Shown: positions 18,764 to 28,866 of the stretch, piece after piece
Numbering within the stretch: the first letter of the stretch is position 1
How the letters are laid out: each line of letters opens with the position of its first letter
DNA from: Candidatus Aenigmatarchaeota archaeon
Lineage (GTDB): Archaea > Aenigmatarchaeota > Aenigmatarchaeia > QMZP01
Length of the DNA: 64,000 bases
Assembly: GCA_043824495.1 (NCBI GenBank)
Contig: JBDRSV010000005.1
Coordinates: forward strand, 32,001 to 96,000
Direction of reading: 5' to 3'
Program-made: the position numbers and the translations under genes
Notes under the pieces: model-generated
What the model saw: only the letters and a program-made list of their open reading frames with translations
Told to the model about the DNA's origin: nothing
Databases searched by the model: none

Positions 18764-20128
18764 CTAAACTCTCCGATACAGGTTAATAGTAAATGAATCT
18801 CCAAAATGAAGTTTTGAATTGAAAGTCTTGTTAAGGTAGTATTTTCCTGGAAGTATATCCTCTATGTCTCTTGAGAGATCAGGAGTAAAGAACCCATCTA
18901 AAACAATGATATCAAAGAATCTATTATCAACCGCTTCTTTAAAATCATTAAATGTCGATAGAGTGTCCCCATCATAATCTAAGTAGAATGTTGCATGAGT
19001 TTGCTTATTTGGTTCTCTCATAAAATAATATATATATGAATTTGATTCTCCAAGAATAATATTAGCATCGGGCATGCTTCTTATATAATCCACTGGTTCA
19101 GATATATTTGGATACGAACGGTCTAAATAATACACAAAAAATCCAGATGATATTACAAAGGCAATCAAAACAATACCCCCAATTTTTACTCGTAGTCTTA
19201 CAATTCCAGCAGCCATGAGAGGAGAGAGAAAAATAAATGGATATGCCATGTGCTTAAACATTGTATACTCAAAATTGAAAGTGAATACATGAAAAATAAA
19301 CATTAAGAGAGATCCGAATAACAAATATTTCCATTCCTTGATCCTATTCTTTGCCAATAATGCCAAAGAGAAGGGAATGACAAAGTAGAAAAGAATACTA
19401 ATAAATCTCGTAATATCGATTTGAGCTAATGAATTTAGATGCTTATCAGAGAAAAATGATAATAATGATATCAAAGAAGAAAAGAACAATATAGCATAAA
19501 TAGAAAGAAATAATAAAAATACAATCAAGAAGTATAGGCCCTTCTTTTTATTTTTAGAATAAATGAATGGGAATAAGACTACTGTATATATTATTGCAAT
19601 ATATTTTGATATTACTGAGAAGAAAAATGATATCGGTGATAGATAAAATCCTTTATTTTTTGATCCAGCAATTGCAAAGTAAAAACCAGCAGATAGGAAA
19701 AAGATGGAGAATATTTCAAACGATACCATTCTACTGACAAATATGAATGGCGCATTTAAAACAAATATGGAAAGAGATACAAGAGCTAGCTTTCTATCTA
19801 ATAGTTCTCTAGATGTAAGATAGACAAAAAATGAAGTCCCAGTAGCTAAAATTACACTGAGCAAGCGTGCTGCAAAAAGTCCTCCGATTAAATCCATTAT
19901 TCCATAAATTAATGGGAAAAGAGTACTACCAAATATATATCTTGGAGGATCGCCACCAAAATCATAAATATCCCGTAACTCATTCCCTATGATAAGATAC
20001 TGTGACTCATCAGTGAAAATAGTATTGAAATTCAGATTAGCAGCCTCGAAAAGGAAGAACAGAACAAGTATGATAACAAGGATGTATTTGGCATCAGTTC
20101 TTTGTATCCATTCAGGCACCGAATTCAT
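18764..20128 (-). CDS. GT-C fold membrane glycosyltransferase (ArnT/PMT, GT39-like)
   Basis: FTDESQY luminal acidic motif, ARLLSV, many TM helices, SKYIA. Confidence 0.75.
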   Translation of the reverse strand: MNSVPEWIQRTDAKYILVIILVLFFLFEAANLNFNTIFTDESQYLIIGNELRDIYDFGGDPPRYIFGSTLFPLIYGIMDLIGGLFAARLLSVILATGTSFFVYLTSRELLDRKLALVSLSIFVLNAPFIFVSRMVSFEIFSIFFLSAGFYFAIAGSKNKGFYLSPISFFFSVISKYIAIIYTVVLFPFIYSKNKKKGLYFLIVFLLFLSIYAILFFSSLISLLSFFSDKHLNSLAQIDITRFISILFYFVIPFSLALLAKNRIKEWKYLLFGSLLMFIFHVFTFNFEYTMFKHMAYPFIFLSPLMAAGIVRLRVKIGGIVLIAFVISSGFFVYYLDRSYPNISEPVDYIRSMPDANIILGESNSYIYYFMREPNKQTHATFYLDYDGDTLSTFNDFKEAVDNRFFDIIVLDGFFTPDLSRDIEDILPGKYYLNKTFNSKLHFGDSFTINLYRRV

Positions 20129-20169
20129 AAAACATTATTTCTTTAGAATCATAAATATCTAATGTTCCA

Positions 20170-20204
20170 TTTGGGCTTGGGGGTTCAAATCCCTCCTCCG
20201 GCGT
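20170..20204 (+). repeat. Degenerate copy of the tRNA-Ser 3' end (attR-like)
   Basis: TTTGGGCTTGGGGGTTCAAATCCCTCCTCCGGCGT versus tRNA TTTGGGCTTGGGGGTTCGAATCCCTCTCCCGGCGT. Confidence 0.85.
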
Positions 20205-20256
20205 CTTTTCTATATCAGACCTAGTTATATAAAATTTACTATGTTTAATCTTTTAC

Positions 20257-20622
20257 ATGAACTTCGACGATATGTTCAAACCATATTCTCCTAAAATTAG
20301 AGGAGATCTGAAAATATACTTAAGAGAACATGATGGAATGAGAGCAGATAGTCTATTTCATGGTTCTGAGTACTTTTTTGTTATCAGAGATAAAGGGTGG
20401 ATGATTCCAGGTTATACATATATAAGAGTGAATCAAAGTCCTATTCCAGATATTGGTTATTTTGTAAATGATGATTTTTTGTTAGAAAGTATGGGAACTG
20501 GAGACCCTAATATGAGTCTTATGGGTGCAAAAAAAGGTATTTATGATCCAAGTGATGCATTAAAAGACCGAACGTGGTCAATTTCAGGTTTGGAGCTTGA
20601 ACCCGACATCTTCGAAGTTTAA
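20257..20622 (+). CDS. Hypothetical protein
   Basis: ORF track; no recognisable motif. Confidence 0.5.
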   Translation: MNFDDMFKPYSPKIRGDLKIYLREHDGMRADSLFHGSEYFFVIRDKGWMIPGYTYIRVNQSPIPDIGYFVNDDFLLESMGTGDPNMSLMGAKKGIYDPSDALKDRTWSISGLELEPDIFEV

Positions 20623-21701
20623 TAAACAACAACATCAGCGTTTTCTTTCAGACTTTTTACGTAGCTAGTTAAGATTGTGTTCTGTTTATCAGTTAGGAGT
20701 TCTCCTGAAAGTTGTTCTTTTACGTCAGAGAAAGAAAGCATTTTAGCGTTTTTCTTTCCTGTTAGCATGATAACATGATAACCGAATTCTGTCTGTACAG
20801 GAGTTTCTGTGTATTCTCCAACTGCTTTTAAAGAGAATGCTGCAGTCTCGAACTCTGGAACCATTGCTCCTACGCCAAAGTATCCCAAGTCACCACCTAC
20901 TGTGGCACTAGGTCCTATTGAGTTTTCTTTTGCTAAAGTGGCGAAATTCTCTCCTAGACCAAGCTTTTTGATTAGATCTTCTGCTTCTTCTTTTGTGTTA
21001 ACTAAAATGTGACTTGCACTGATTTGTTCCTCTGTGATGAAAGCATCAGAATTCTGATCATAAAAGTCCTTGAGTTCTTGTTCAGTGACAATAACATTAC
21101 TGGTTATTGAATCGGTAATGAAAGAGTTGATTGTAATCTGTCTCTGGACATAATCAATGAATGAGTCATAATTGATATTGTTGGCATTCAGTGATTCTAA
21201 GAATTGTTCCATGTCAAATGAAGGGTTCTGTGAAAGAATAGTCTCGGCTTCACTTGAGTTTGTTGAATATCCTTGTTTTTGAGCTTCTTGTAATAATAAT
21301 TTCTCAGTTACTGTGTTATCTATAAGCTGCTCTTCTGGTATTTGATCCCTGTAGCTAGCTGGAACTCCCTGAAGGAATAAGTATATTGAGACGTCATCAT
21401 TGAAGCTGTTAGTGTAAATATTTTCACCATTCACTTGTGCAGTAATGTCTTGATCTTGACTCATGAGGATTTGTCCATCACTTATCATTGCTCCAGTAGT
21501 ATCTGAGTTTGCATAAAAACCGCCATATAGAACGGCCAATGCACCAACTATAATAATAACGATAATGGCTAGAATAGCATAAGACTTTCTAGAAGAAGAT
21601 GTCTTCTTCTCAGTAACTTTCTTGTTCTCAGTGTTCTTAATCTCTTCTTTCTTTGTCTCAGGTTGAGAATTCACTTTATCAGCTTTTGAGTCCTTTTCCA
21701 T
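20619..21701 (-). CDS. Membrane-anchored parvulin-type peptidyl-prolyl isomerase (SurA/PrsA-like)
   Basis: TM anchor, SurA-N-like region, ISASHILV, FATLAKENS, GGDLGYF, MVPEFETAAF, PVQTEFGYHVI. Confidence 0.9.
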   Translation of the reverse strand: MEKDSKADKVNSQPETKKEEIKNTENKKVTEKKTSSSRKSYAILAIIVIIIVGALAVLYGGFYANSDTTGAMISDGQILMSQDQDITAQVNGENIYTNSFNDDVSIYLFLQGVPASYRDQIPEEQLIDNTVTEKLLLQEAQKQGYSTNSSEAETILSQNPSFDMEQFLESLNANNINYDSFIDYVQRQITINSFITDSITSNVIVTEQELKDFYDQNSDAFITEEQISASHILVNTKEEAEDLIKKLGLGENFATLAKENSIGPSATVGGDLGYFGVGAMVPEFETAAFSLKAVGEYTETPVQTEFGYHVIMLTGKKNAKMLSFSDVKEQLSGELLTDKQNTILTSYVKSLKENADVVVY

Positions 21702-21925
21702 TAAATCGCCTTCTATTTCTTATGTACTTAGCAATATTAGATCATTATGTTTTTTAAGTGTTATGGATCTAAGGTCCACATTCAGGATAATATGGTGGAT
21801 ATTGTGCACTCGAATTCAGGAATTCTATCCATCTCGGGATTCTCAACCTCCAATTAAAGAAGTTTTTTCAAATTAAACATGTTCTTATAATACCTGAATA
21901 TAACCATCGAGAAAGGAGAGATTAT

Positions 21926-22195
21926 ATGACATATGTAATTATTAGACATGAAGTTAAAGACTACAGAACATGGAAAAAGGCCTTTGATGATCATGGATCA
22001 ATGCGAAAAGAAAATGGAGAGCAAAGTATACAAATCTTCAGAGAAGCAGACCATGAAAACGTGATCATAGCTATGGCAAAATGGGACACACTTGAAAGAG
22101 CAAAACAATTCTTTGAATCCGACGATCTGAAAAAAGGAATGGAAGAAGCTGGTGTTGTAGGAAAGCCTCATATGCATTTCTTGAATGAAATCTGA
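21926..22195 (+). CDS. ABM-like dimeric alpha/beta-barrel protein
   Basis: IRHEVKDYRTWKKAFD...WDTLERAKQFFESDDLKKGMEEAGVVGKP; GGAG SD. Confidence 0.7.
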   Translation: MTYVIIRHEVKDYRTWKKAFDDHGSMRKENGEQSIQIFREADHENVIIAMAKWDTLERAKQFFESDDLKKGMEEAGVVGKPHMHFLNEI

Positions 22196-22327
22196 ATTAA
22201 TTGTGTATAATAAAAACCAGGTCGGACATATACAATATGTAGTGGAGTACTGAGCTATTTATGTAAATCCCTCTTGGGATTCCAATTCTTATTGGTATCG
22301 GTTTTGGCGTAAACTTGGGACTTTAAA

Positions 22328-24817
22328 CTAAATCTGAATATTTATTCCAGCGTCATCTAGGATTTGCTGAGCTTGTTGTTTTTCTGATTGTGTTGGATTT
22401 GGAGTAGGAACTCCACTCATATCAACATTCCCACAGTCATTCGGATTCTCTGCTCCTGCAAATAAAATGTCTATAAGCCACCCTAAATCTAAAGCGTCAA
22501 TCTGTCCATCACCATTAATATCCCCAGATTCAACAGGAATTGGTTCTGCCCCTCCTGCAAAAAGATAATCAATTAAATAACCGAGATCTAAGGCATCTAT
22601 AAAGCCAGATGCGTCTACATCACCGCATCCACAATCCACATTGTATAATTCACAGACATTGACTTCATTCCCAATTGAAGAGATATATGGCAAAAACGGA
22701 CACCAACCACCTCCCCAAACATCAATCCAATAGTCTAGATTTTCCTCTATATCTATTGGCCTCCCATCACATGTTTCCCCTGGCATCACATCACAAAAAT
22801 CACTAATATCATCTTTAATAATAATCGAACTAGGTTTTACATGCCAACTCCAGGGGGAATTAAAGTTAGCATTGTTTCTAAAGACTCTTCCCCCACCCTC
22901 TCCACCACATAACCCATAATCCCCAACCCAAGCAATTGCATTGTTTATAGACTCCTCATCTGTTACAAGAATTGTGGCAGTGCGTTCGGGAGTTTCAATT
23001 ACAGAACCATTTGTGAGCCCCACAGTTAAATTAAAAAATCTACCTTTTCCGAACCTTTCTATGCAATACCCGTACTCTTCTACACAAACTTTCTCTTTAG
23101 GACAACCGCAAGTGTTGCATTGATCAGACACAAATCCAATATTCCCATTATAGTCATAACCACATAAAGAATAATCCTCGTAGCGATCATCAGAAAAACA
23201 CTCTCCAAATTGAACTTCTGTGTCTGTACCTGGGTCATAACAAACACTACGGGGTATAATTAGAGATATGGCTACTAAAGCCCAATTATCATTTGTTTGT
23301 AAGACTCTTATCTCCATATTATTAAATTCATCAATATACGTCTGACCTTCTTCAAGATATACATACCCATAATCATAACAACCTTGAGAACAATCTCCAA
23401 GAGTAGAGTTTCCTGGATGCAAATTTAAAAGTACTGAATTCCCCAACCAATATCCTACGTTTGTCCCATTTTCATCATGAAGATAATTGTCACCCTTGCC
23501 TAACTTTATTAGGACGCCATTTTCTTGAGTTTTGATAGAGTCAAAACCAGTATTTGTTTTATACTCTAAAAAGTAATAATTCATTCCAAAAACATCAAAA
23601 AGATTTACTTCTGGAGAACCCTCCCCAGCCTTGAATGTAATATTGTTTTCGCTCCAATTAATCGGAATCTTTAATCCTTTTATTTCATTACCTGTGGCCA
23701 GAGTATTTATGGGGCTTATAAAATAAGTTCCTTCAGTCACTTCAGGAACATTCGCGTCAGCAATCCATCCCAAATTAACAAGTCTAAACCCTAGACCAAA
23801 AGTTTTAAACGGATTTGCCTCCCCCATAACATCATAAAAATCGCCGTACTCCCGGTACGTGCATTTGTGACCTAGAGTTGATTCATTTTCTAGTTCTCCA
23901 CCAAACAATTGTTGAGTTTCACTCCCCCCACATATAAGAACAGAAGCATGACCTAATCCAAAATTATGTCCCATTTCATGAGCGAGAATTCCAAAATGGG
24001 GGTTCTCGTGAAAAAAAGTATTGAACCAAATTTGATATAGTTTAACATTGCCTTCATCAGTAAAAGCGTCTAATTTCCCTAAGGAAGCAAGCCCTGGATA
24101 CCAACTACACGAAGTGTTCGGATGAAATACAATTAATCCATCATATTCTGTAAAATTGATAAAAGGATCTATTTTTCTAATTGCATCCGTATAAATATCT
24201 CCTTCAAAACACAAAGATTCATTAAAACTAAAATTTCCAACATAACCAGAACTAACACCGGCTTTCCCGTAGGAAGATTCATTAATAAAAGCATTTGTTA
24301 GATTAAACGTGTAATTCGTATAAGTCATAAAATCAAACTGAGTTTCATTTTCTCTAAAGAAAAAAACAACAGCGTATTTTTGTTCTCCAAGCGTTGGAGG
24401 CCAGGGTTCCAAATCACCGGCATTTTTATCTCCAGTCGTTTCAATAGAATCTACAATAAATTTATCTCCTTCTATAATTCCCAAAACACTAACTTCCCCT
24501 ACATAAACCCTAAGAAAATTATCTTCAAACTCCAACTCATATCTTTTTCCATCATCAGTCCTCATATAATAAGTATATTCTGCTCTATTATTCTCAAAAT
24601 CATCCACAATAATTGTTTCAATGGTCCCTGTAAACTCAATAATATTTGTTTCAGTCTCCAAAGGTACACTTACCTCAGCAGGTTCTGTCATCAAAGGAGC
24701 AACTAAAGGAACCCTAAATTGCCCAGCAGGACTCTCATACACAGAAGAAATAGCAAACACTCCTACTATTACTATGCAAGCAAAAATAATTGAATATGAT
24801 AATGGAGTTAAACCCAT
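22328..24817 (-). CDS. Secreted metzincin metalloprotease (M11/M6-like) with a BP74-like domain and a C-terminal dockerin-like module
   Basis: HEMGHNFGLGHA, Met-turn EYGDFYDVMG; NSPWSWHVKP...CDGRP...WCPF; two EF-hand repeats DVDASGFIDALD and DINGDGQIDALD. Confidence 0.8.
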   Translation of the reverse strand: MGLTPLSYSIIFACIVIVGVFAISSVYESPAGQFRVPLVAPLMTEPAEVSVPLETETNIIEFTGTIETIIVDDFENNRAEYTYYMRTDDGKRYELEFEDNFLRVYVGEVSVLGIIEGDKFIVDSIETTGDKNAGDLEPWPPTLGEQKYAVVFFFRENETQFDFMTYTNYTFNLTNAFINESSYGKAGVSSGYVGNFSFNESLCFEGDIYTDAIRKIDPFINFTEYDGLIVFHPNTSCSWYPGLASLGKLDAFTDEGNVKLYQIWFNTFFHENPHFGILAHEMGHNFGLGHASVLICGGSETQQLFGGELENESTLGHKCTYREYGDFYDVMGEANPFKTFGLGFRLVNLGWIADANVPEVTEGTYFISPINTLATGNEIKGLKIPINWSENNITFKAGEGSPEVNLFDVFGMNYYFLEYKTNTGFDSIKTQENGVLIKLGKGDNYLHDENGTNVGYWLGNSVLLNLHPGNSTLGDCSQGCYDYGYVYLEEGQTYIDEFNNMEIRVLQTNDNWALVAISLIIPRSVCYDPGTDTEVQFGECFSDDRYEDYSLCGYDYNGNIGFVSDQCNTCGCPKEKVCVEEYGYCIERFGKGRFFNLTVGLTNGSVIETPERTATILVTDEESINNAIAWVGDYGLCGGEGGGRVFRNNANFNSPWSWHVKPSSIIIKDDISDFCDVMPGETCDGRPIDIEENLDYWIDVWGGGWCPFLPYISSIGNEVNVCELYNVDCGCGDVDASGFIDALDLGYLIDYLFAGGAEPIPVESGDINGDGQIDALDLGWLIDILFAGAENPNDCGNVDMSGVPTPNPTQSEKQQAQQILDDAGINIQI

Positions 24818-24920
24818 AATATAGTATTGTGTAATAACATATAATAATCATATACAAGAGCTTGAACTATTGTCTTAATCCTTCTCGGGGCTTTATTACA
24901 CTAGAGACCAATGTATCAAT

Positions 24921-25334
24921 ATGCTTGTCAAGAACGTGATGAAGAAGGATGTCACTACAGCTTCAGAGGAGACGACAATCCAGGAAGCGTCAAGAATAAT
25001 GGCGGACAATCATATAGGATGTCTAGTTATTACTAAAAACAATACAGTCACAGGCATAGTCACAGAGTATGATATTTTGAGGTCTGTTGCTGAAGGTAAG
25101 GATGCAGAAAAGAAAACAGTTGCACATATAATGACACCATATATTCATGCTGTCACACCTGACCAGAAACTTGAAGCAGCGATTAAAATCTTGAAAAAGG
25201 AAAGAATAAAAAAACTTCTGGTGATGGACGGAAGAAAGCTGATAGGAATTCTCACAGCTACTGATATTATAATCAGCCAACCACAAATGATATCTGAACT
25301 GAAGTCTGTATTAAAAAAGAAGAGATCAGGTTGA
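24921..25334 (+). CDS. CBS-domain protein
   Basis: Two CBS repeats (VKNVMKKDV...GIVTEYDI; VAHIMTP...GILTATDI). Confidence 0.9.
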   Translation: MLVKNVMKKDVTTASEETTIQEASRIMADNHIGCLVITKNNTVTGIVTEYDILRSVAEGKDAEKKTVAHIMTPYIHAVTPDQKLEAAIKILKKERIKKLLVMDGRKLIGILTATDIIISQPQMISELKSVLKKKRSG

Positions 25335-25444
25335 ATGTCTAGATCGGTGGTGAAAAATGGGAGCCTGAAGAAAAACCTTGTCCTCGGTATACTCCTGACG
25401 GTCAAATGATATGGTAAACGAGTCCGATATACATTGAAAATAAC

Positions 25445-25849
25445 CTAAGTTTTGATCTTCATTGGCTCTAGTTTAAGCGAAGGCATTTTAACTTTTTTCC
25501 CTTCCATTTTAGCTAGTTTGATCTCTACAAAAAGACTAGTTACCATGTCATCAACTGTTTTGAGCACTTTAACCATTGGGCTCTCAACATTCAATACAAA
25601 CATCTTAGCTCTTCCGACTGTTCTTCTTTGTTTTATGATACCAAGATCGATAAATTGTTTGTATATTGAACTCATGGTTGCCCAGGAGATCCCCGATTTT
25701 TTAGCGATCTCAGTAAGACTATAATCGAAGTTTCCGTCAGTATTCAGCAAGAAATCCATGACTTTTATGAATGGAGAATCGCCAAAGACTTTTTTAAAAC
25801 TAGAGTCTCCCATCCGACTTCTATTATTGTTATTGTCCATCCAAGTCAC
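25445..25849 (-). CDS. Winged-helix DNA-binding protein
   Basis: FGDSPFIKVMDFLL...DYSLTEIAKKSGISWATM...RTVGRAKMF. Confidence 0.75.
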   Translation of the reverse strand: MTWMDNNNNRSRMGDSSFKKVFGDSPFIKVMDFLLNTDGNFDYSLTEIAKKSGISWATMSSIYKQFIDLGIIKQRRTVGRAKMFVLNVESPMVKVLKTVDDMVTSLFVEIKLAKMEGKKVKMPSLKLEPMKIKT

Positions 25850-26015
25850 CTCTATTAATGTAAATATTGTATTATAACGCTATGTTTTGTAGCGTTACAC
25901 TTTGTTATATAACTAATTATGGACTATAATCTTTATAAAGGTATGTATTTTGTATATATTTAAACTCATTAATTGAGTTAAGTATTTAAGTACAGAATGT
26001 AAAATATTTCAATGT

Positions 26016-26288
26016 ATGGAAGATTTAGAGAAAATCATACTGAGAACTCTATTGAGGCACAACAAAATTGGAGAGAATTACACAAAAATACAACACGCCA
26101 CTTCAAAAGTGCCTAACAGTACCAAAAGTGCGGACATTAAAAAAGCCATCAAGAATCTTCGTAATGCGGGCTGGATAGAACTGCATAAAAAGAATACCTG
26201 TATTTCTCTAACAGGGAACCGAGGGCGCATAGAAGAGATTAAGAAGCTTATAGGATTTACGAGATCACTTTTTTCTCTGTTATTTTAA
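26016..26288 (+). CDS. Small basic winged-helix-like hypothetical protein
   Basis: IKKAIKNLRNAGWIELHK; divergent from 25445..25849. Confidence 0.55.
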   Translation: MEDLEKIILRTLLRHNKIGENYTKIQHATSKVPNSTKSADIKKAIKNLRNAGWIELHKKNTCISLTGNRGRIEEIKKLIGFTRSLFSLLF

Positions 26289-26447
26289 TCTACTTCTCCT
26301 AATCAACTCAATACCAACAATAAGAACTATCACACCACAAATACCAGCAATAACAATAAGTCCCTGAGTTAAGGTATCCGTGACATAAGTATTCTTATAT
26401 ATGGGGAATAATCGATGTCCCCATTTATTTTTCTTTTATTTATTATA

Positions 26448-27914
26448 TCATTTCAAAGCCGGTCCCTGTAATCCAGGCACAAAATCACAATTACATCCTT
26501 CCCAGCACATGTATTTCTTGTTGAACACCTTACAGAAGTTGTTTACAGATACATGTATAGGTTCTTCGTCCCAAAAGACTCCATCTGTTACGTTTACTGT
26601 GAAATCATATTCTCCGCTGGAGGATGGTCCAGTTTTCCATTGGAAATATGAGCCTGACCAGGTAAATACTGGGTTATCTATGTGGTATGTTAAATCATCT
26701 CCGTTTCTATCCAATGCTTCTGGATAAATTCTTACTAATCCCATTTCATTAACTGTTATATTTTGGAATGGTTCTAGGACAGGTGCTACCGCTTCACTGA
26801 CGTTAATTTGATAGCTTTGTTCATCGAATAAGAAGCCATCGGAGACTCTTAGTGTTACTGTATAATTCCCTGATTGATTATAATTAGGCGACCATGTTAC
26901 CAATCCATTTAGACTGTCTATTATCATTTCTGGTGGGTATTGGATTAAGAAATAATTCAATATGAAACTTCCAGGATAATAAACTTCAACATCATATGAA
27001 TAAAATTCACCTCCCACTACTTCTGTTATGGGGGTTGATGTTATTTCTGGTACAAAGCTTCCGCCAAGTGGTTTGTGATCTATTCCATCAAAAGGACCCG
27101 GAACGATGTAAGTGTATGGGTATCCAGGGTTTGTTTCAAAATCTCCCCAATAGTTTCCCATCACCGAGTTATTCCAATAGTTGTTTTCAGCTTGAACTTC
27201 TTCAAAAGCGTTTATCGAATTATTGTACATAGAATTATTCCAGAATATGTTATTATGCGCTTTATGAACTCTTAGTCCGTATATATTATTCTCGTATAGT
27301 ACGTTTTCAAATAATTGTGCATAATCTGTTTCACCGACAAGAATTCCGTAGTTGTTATTGTGCGCAATGTTTTTTGATAACACACTTCTGTGTGCAAAAT
27401 TCTGATTTGCAATCCCCTGGTTATTCAAAAAAATATGATTTCTAGATATTATGGTGTTTTGACTGCCAATGATTAATAATCCGGCATCAAAGTTATCATG
27501 GACTGTATTATTTTCTAGAGTGTTATTGTTGGCCGCCGAATATATTTTTATTCCGTGAAGAAAATCGGTAACTTCGCAATTTTTGATAATTACATTGTCA
27601 TATCCTTCATTTGAAATGCCTTCATAGAGCATGCTATTAATACCATCTAGTAAATGGCCATTGCAATCTAGTGTTACATTGTTGGCAGCTATTCTAATTG
27701 GTATTCCACTACAGCTTGTGATGTCATACCACATTGTGTGATTAGAAGATAAATAATCACCACATTGACATGCAACGAGATCACCGCATATACCTTCAGG
27801 GCTGTTTATTTCATTGACTTCCAAATTCTCAGCTGATAGTTTCTGTCCATAAACAAAACTAACACTGATAGAAGCAACAATTACACATACTAGTAGTACG
27901 AGAGCAACCCTCAT
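26448..27914 (-). CDS. Secreted right-handed beta-helix (NosD/CASH-like) protein with two Ig/cadherin-like domains
   Basis: Signal peptide; VTLDCNGHLLDG; Asn-ladder repeats; GNYWGD; PEITSTP...GLVTWSP...VTLRVSDG; Cys-rich tail. Confidence 0.8.
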   Translation of the reverse strand: MRVALVLLVCVIVASISVSFVYGQKLSAENLEVNEINSPEGICGDLVACQCGDYLSSNHTMWYDITSCSGIPIRIAANNVTLDCNGHLLDGINSMLYEGISNEGYDNVIIKNCEVTDFLHGIKIYSAANNNTLENNTVHDNFDAGLLIIGSQNTIISRNHIFLNNQGIANQNFAHRSVLSKNIAHNNNYGILVGETDYAQLFENVLYENNIYGLRVHKAHNNIFWNNSMYNNSINAFEEVQAENNYWNNSVMGNYWGDFETNPGYPYTYIVPGPFDGIDHKPLGGSFVPEITSTPITEVVGGEFYSYDVEVYYPGSFILNYFLIQYPPEMIIDSLNGLVTWSPNYNQSGNYTVTLRVSDGFLFDEQSYQINVSEAVAPVLEPFQNITVNEMGLVRIYPEALDRNGDDLTYHIDNPVFTWSGSYFQWKTGPSSSGEYDFTVNVTDGVFWDEEPIHVSVNNFCKVFNKKYMCWEGCNCDFVPGLQGPALK

Positions 27915-27927
27915 AATTAGAATAGAT

Positions 27928-27950
27928 AGAAAGATTTAAAATACTTTTTA
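27928..27950. promoter_or_regulatory. Candidate back-to-back BRE/TATA elements serving divergent genes
   Basis: GAAAGATTTAAAAA on + about 25-30 nt before the ATG at 27973, and AAAAAGTATTTTTAAA on - before the ATG at 27914. Confidence 0.45.
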
Positions 27951-27972
27951 ATCCTCCCTCTAAGATTTTGTT

Positions 27973-28110
27973 ATGAGCAAATCATTCAAGTGTAGTTTAG
28001 GAATCCACAAATACCAGAAGTTCATGGGATATCAGAATGTGGGTGGAGGAAAGTTCAGACAGCAATACAAATGTATCCACTGTGACCATATCATGGAGAA
28101 AATTGCATGA
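27973..28110 (+). CDS. 45-aa zinc-ribbon-like micro-protein
   Basis: Manual translation MSKSFKCSLGIHKYQKFMGYQNVGGGKFRQQYKCIHCDHIMEKIA; CxxxxH + CxxC; ATGA overlap with the next ORF. Confidence 0.6.
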   Translation: MSKSFKCSLGIHKYQKFMGYQNVGGGKFRQQYKCIHCDHIMEKIA

Positions 28111-28553
28111 AACTACCAACTAGAAGAAAAGAAGATACTAGTAAGAAAAGACTATTCAAATTACCAACCTTTATTATGGTCCTTTATCCTGGTTGGCAAC
28201 TATATAGAGATATTACGGATCCGATATCATTTTTTAATAATAAAAAAGGAATAATCCAGGTTTTAACATTCACAAGAGATAAAGAAATAGAATTGGGTGC
28301 CACAAAACCAGAAGAAGTTTTGAAAAAATATATAGAGAAAGAGACAAAGTCTGAAGTGAAAATGAAACGCTTTGAAAAGAATGATTCTACTTACGTTTTA
28401 TCTGACTATTACAAAACAAAGGATAAAACTATGAGAGCAATGTTCATTGAGAATAAGAAGAAAGCCGCATTTGTCACATTTGCTCATGAAACAATCCCCA
28501 AAGATGATGAAGACATAGAAAAAATGCTCATATCCTTTGAGTTAGGGAATTGA
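28107..28553 (+). CDS. Hypothetical protein
   Basis: ORF track; translationally coupled to 27973..28110. Confidence 0.55.
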   Translation: MKLPTRRKEDTSKKRLFKLPTFIMVLYPGWQLYRDITDPISFFNNKKGIIQVLTFTRDKEIELGATKPEEVLKKYIEKETKSEVKMKRFEKNDSTYVLSDYYKTKDKTMRAMFIENKKKAAFVTFAHETIPKDDEDIEKMLISFELGN

Positions 28554-28866
28554 TAGAAAGATTTAAAAAGACTTTTATGGTCTTGTACGAAGGTCTTGTA
28601 CGAAGATTTAGTAATGAAGAGTTGGGTTCTCTCCCAACGTGTTAATTTCTACTAAAATAAACAATTATTAGACCTAGAACACCTATGAATATTCCTATTA
28701 CTGTTTGGATTGTTGGATCGAAAATTGACCAGTCCACAATAATATTGTCTGCGACTCCTAGAAATAGTAATGAAACAAATATCAGTATTAGTCCAAATAA
28801 TAACATACCTGAGGGTTTCATGAAGATCTTTTAGCAGATGGTATTAAAACGTTTAAGTTGAAGTAT

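Larger units (their letters stand above)
17538..20204 (+). mobile_element. tRNA-Ser-anchored genomic islet (att-like direct repeats) carrying Fic and GT39 genes; no integrase
   Basis: The tRNA 3' end at 17538-17572 is repeated at 20170-20204 with 32/35 identity. Confidence 0.75.

Noticed and set aside
20170-20204. Second or split tRNA gene
   Set aside because: Only the variable-arm end, T arm and acceptor 3' strand are present, with a mutated T loop. No 5' half or complementary leader was seen, so it is better explained as an att remnant.
25445-26288. Toxin-antitoxin pair
   Set aside because: The genes are divergent rather than operonic, and neither has a recognisable toxin motif.
26283-26430. 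Minus-strand reading frame encoding a TM helix (…GLIVIAGICGVIVLIVGIELIRRSRLK), with a small hairpin at 26401-26424
   Set aside because: No in-frame start codon before the upstream stop; at most a remnant.
28579-28605. 13-nt tandem duplication GGTCTTGTACGAA x2
   Set aside because: Only two copies in an intergenic region, with no associated structure; probably slippage.
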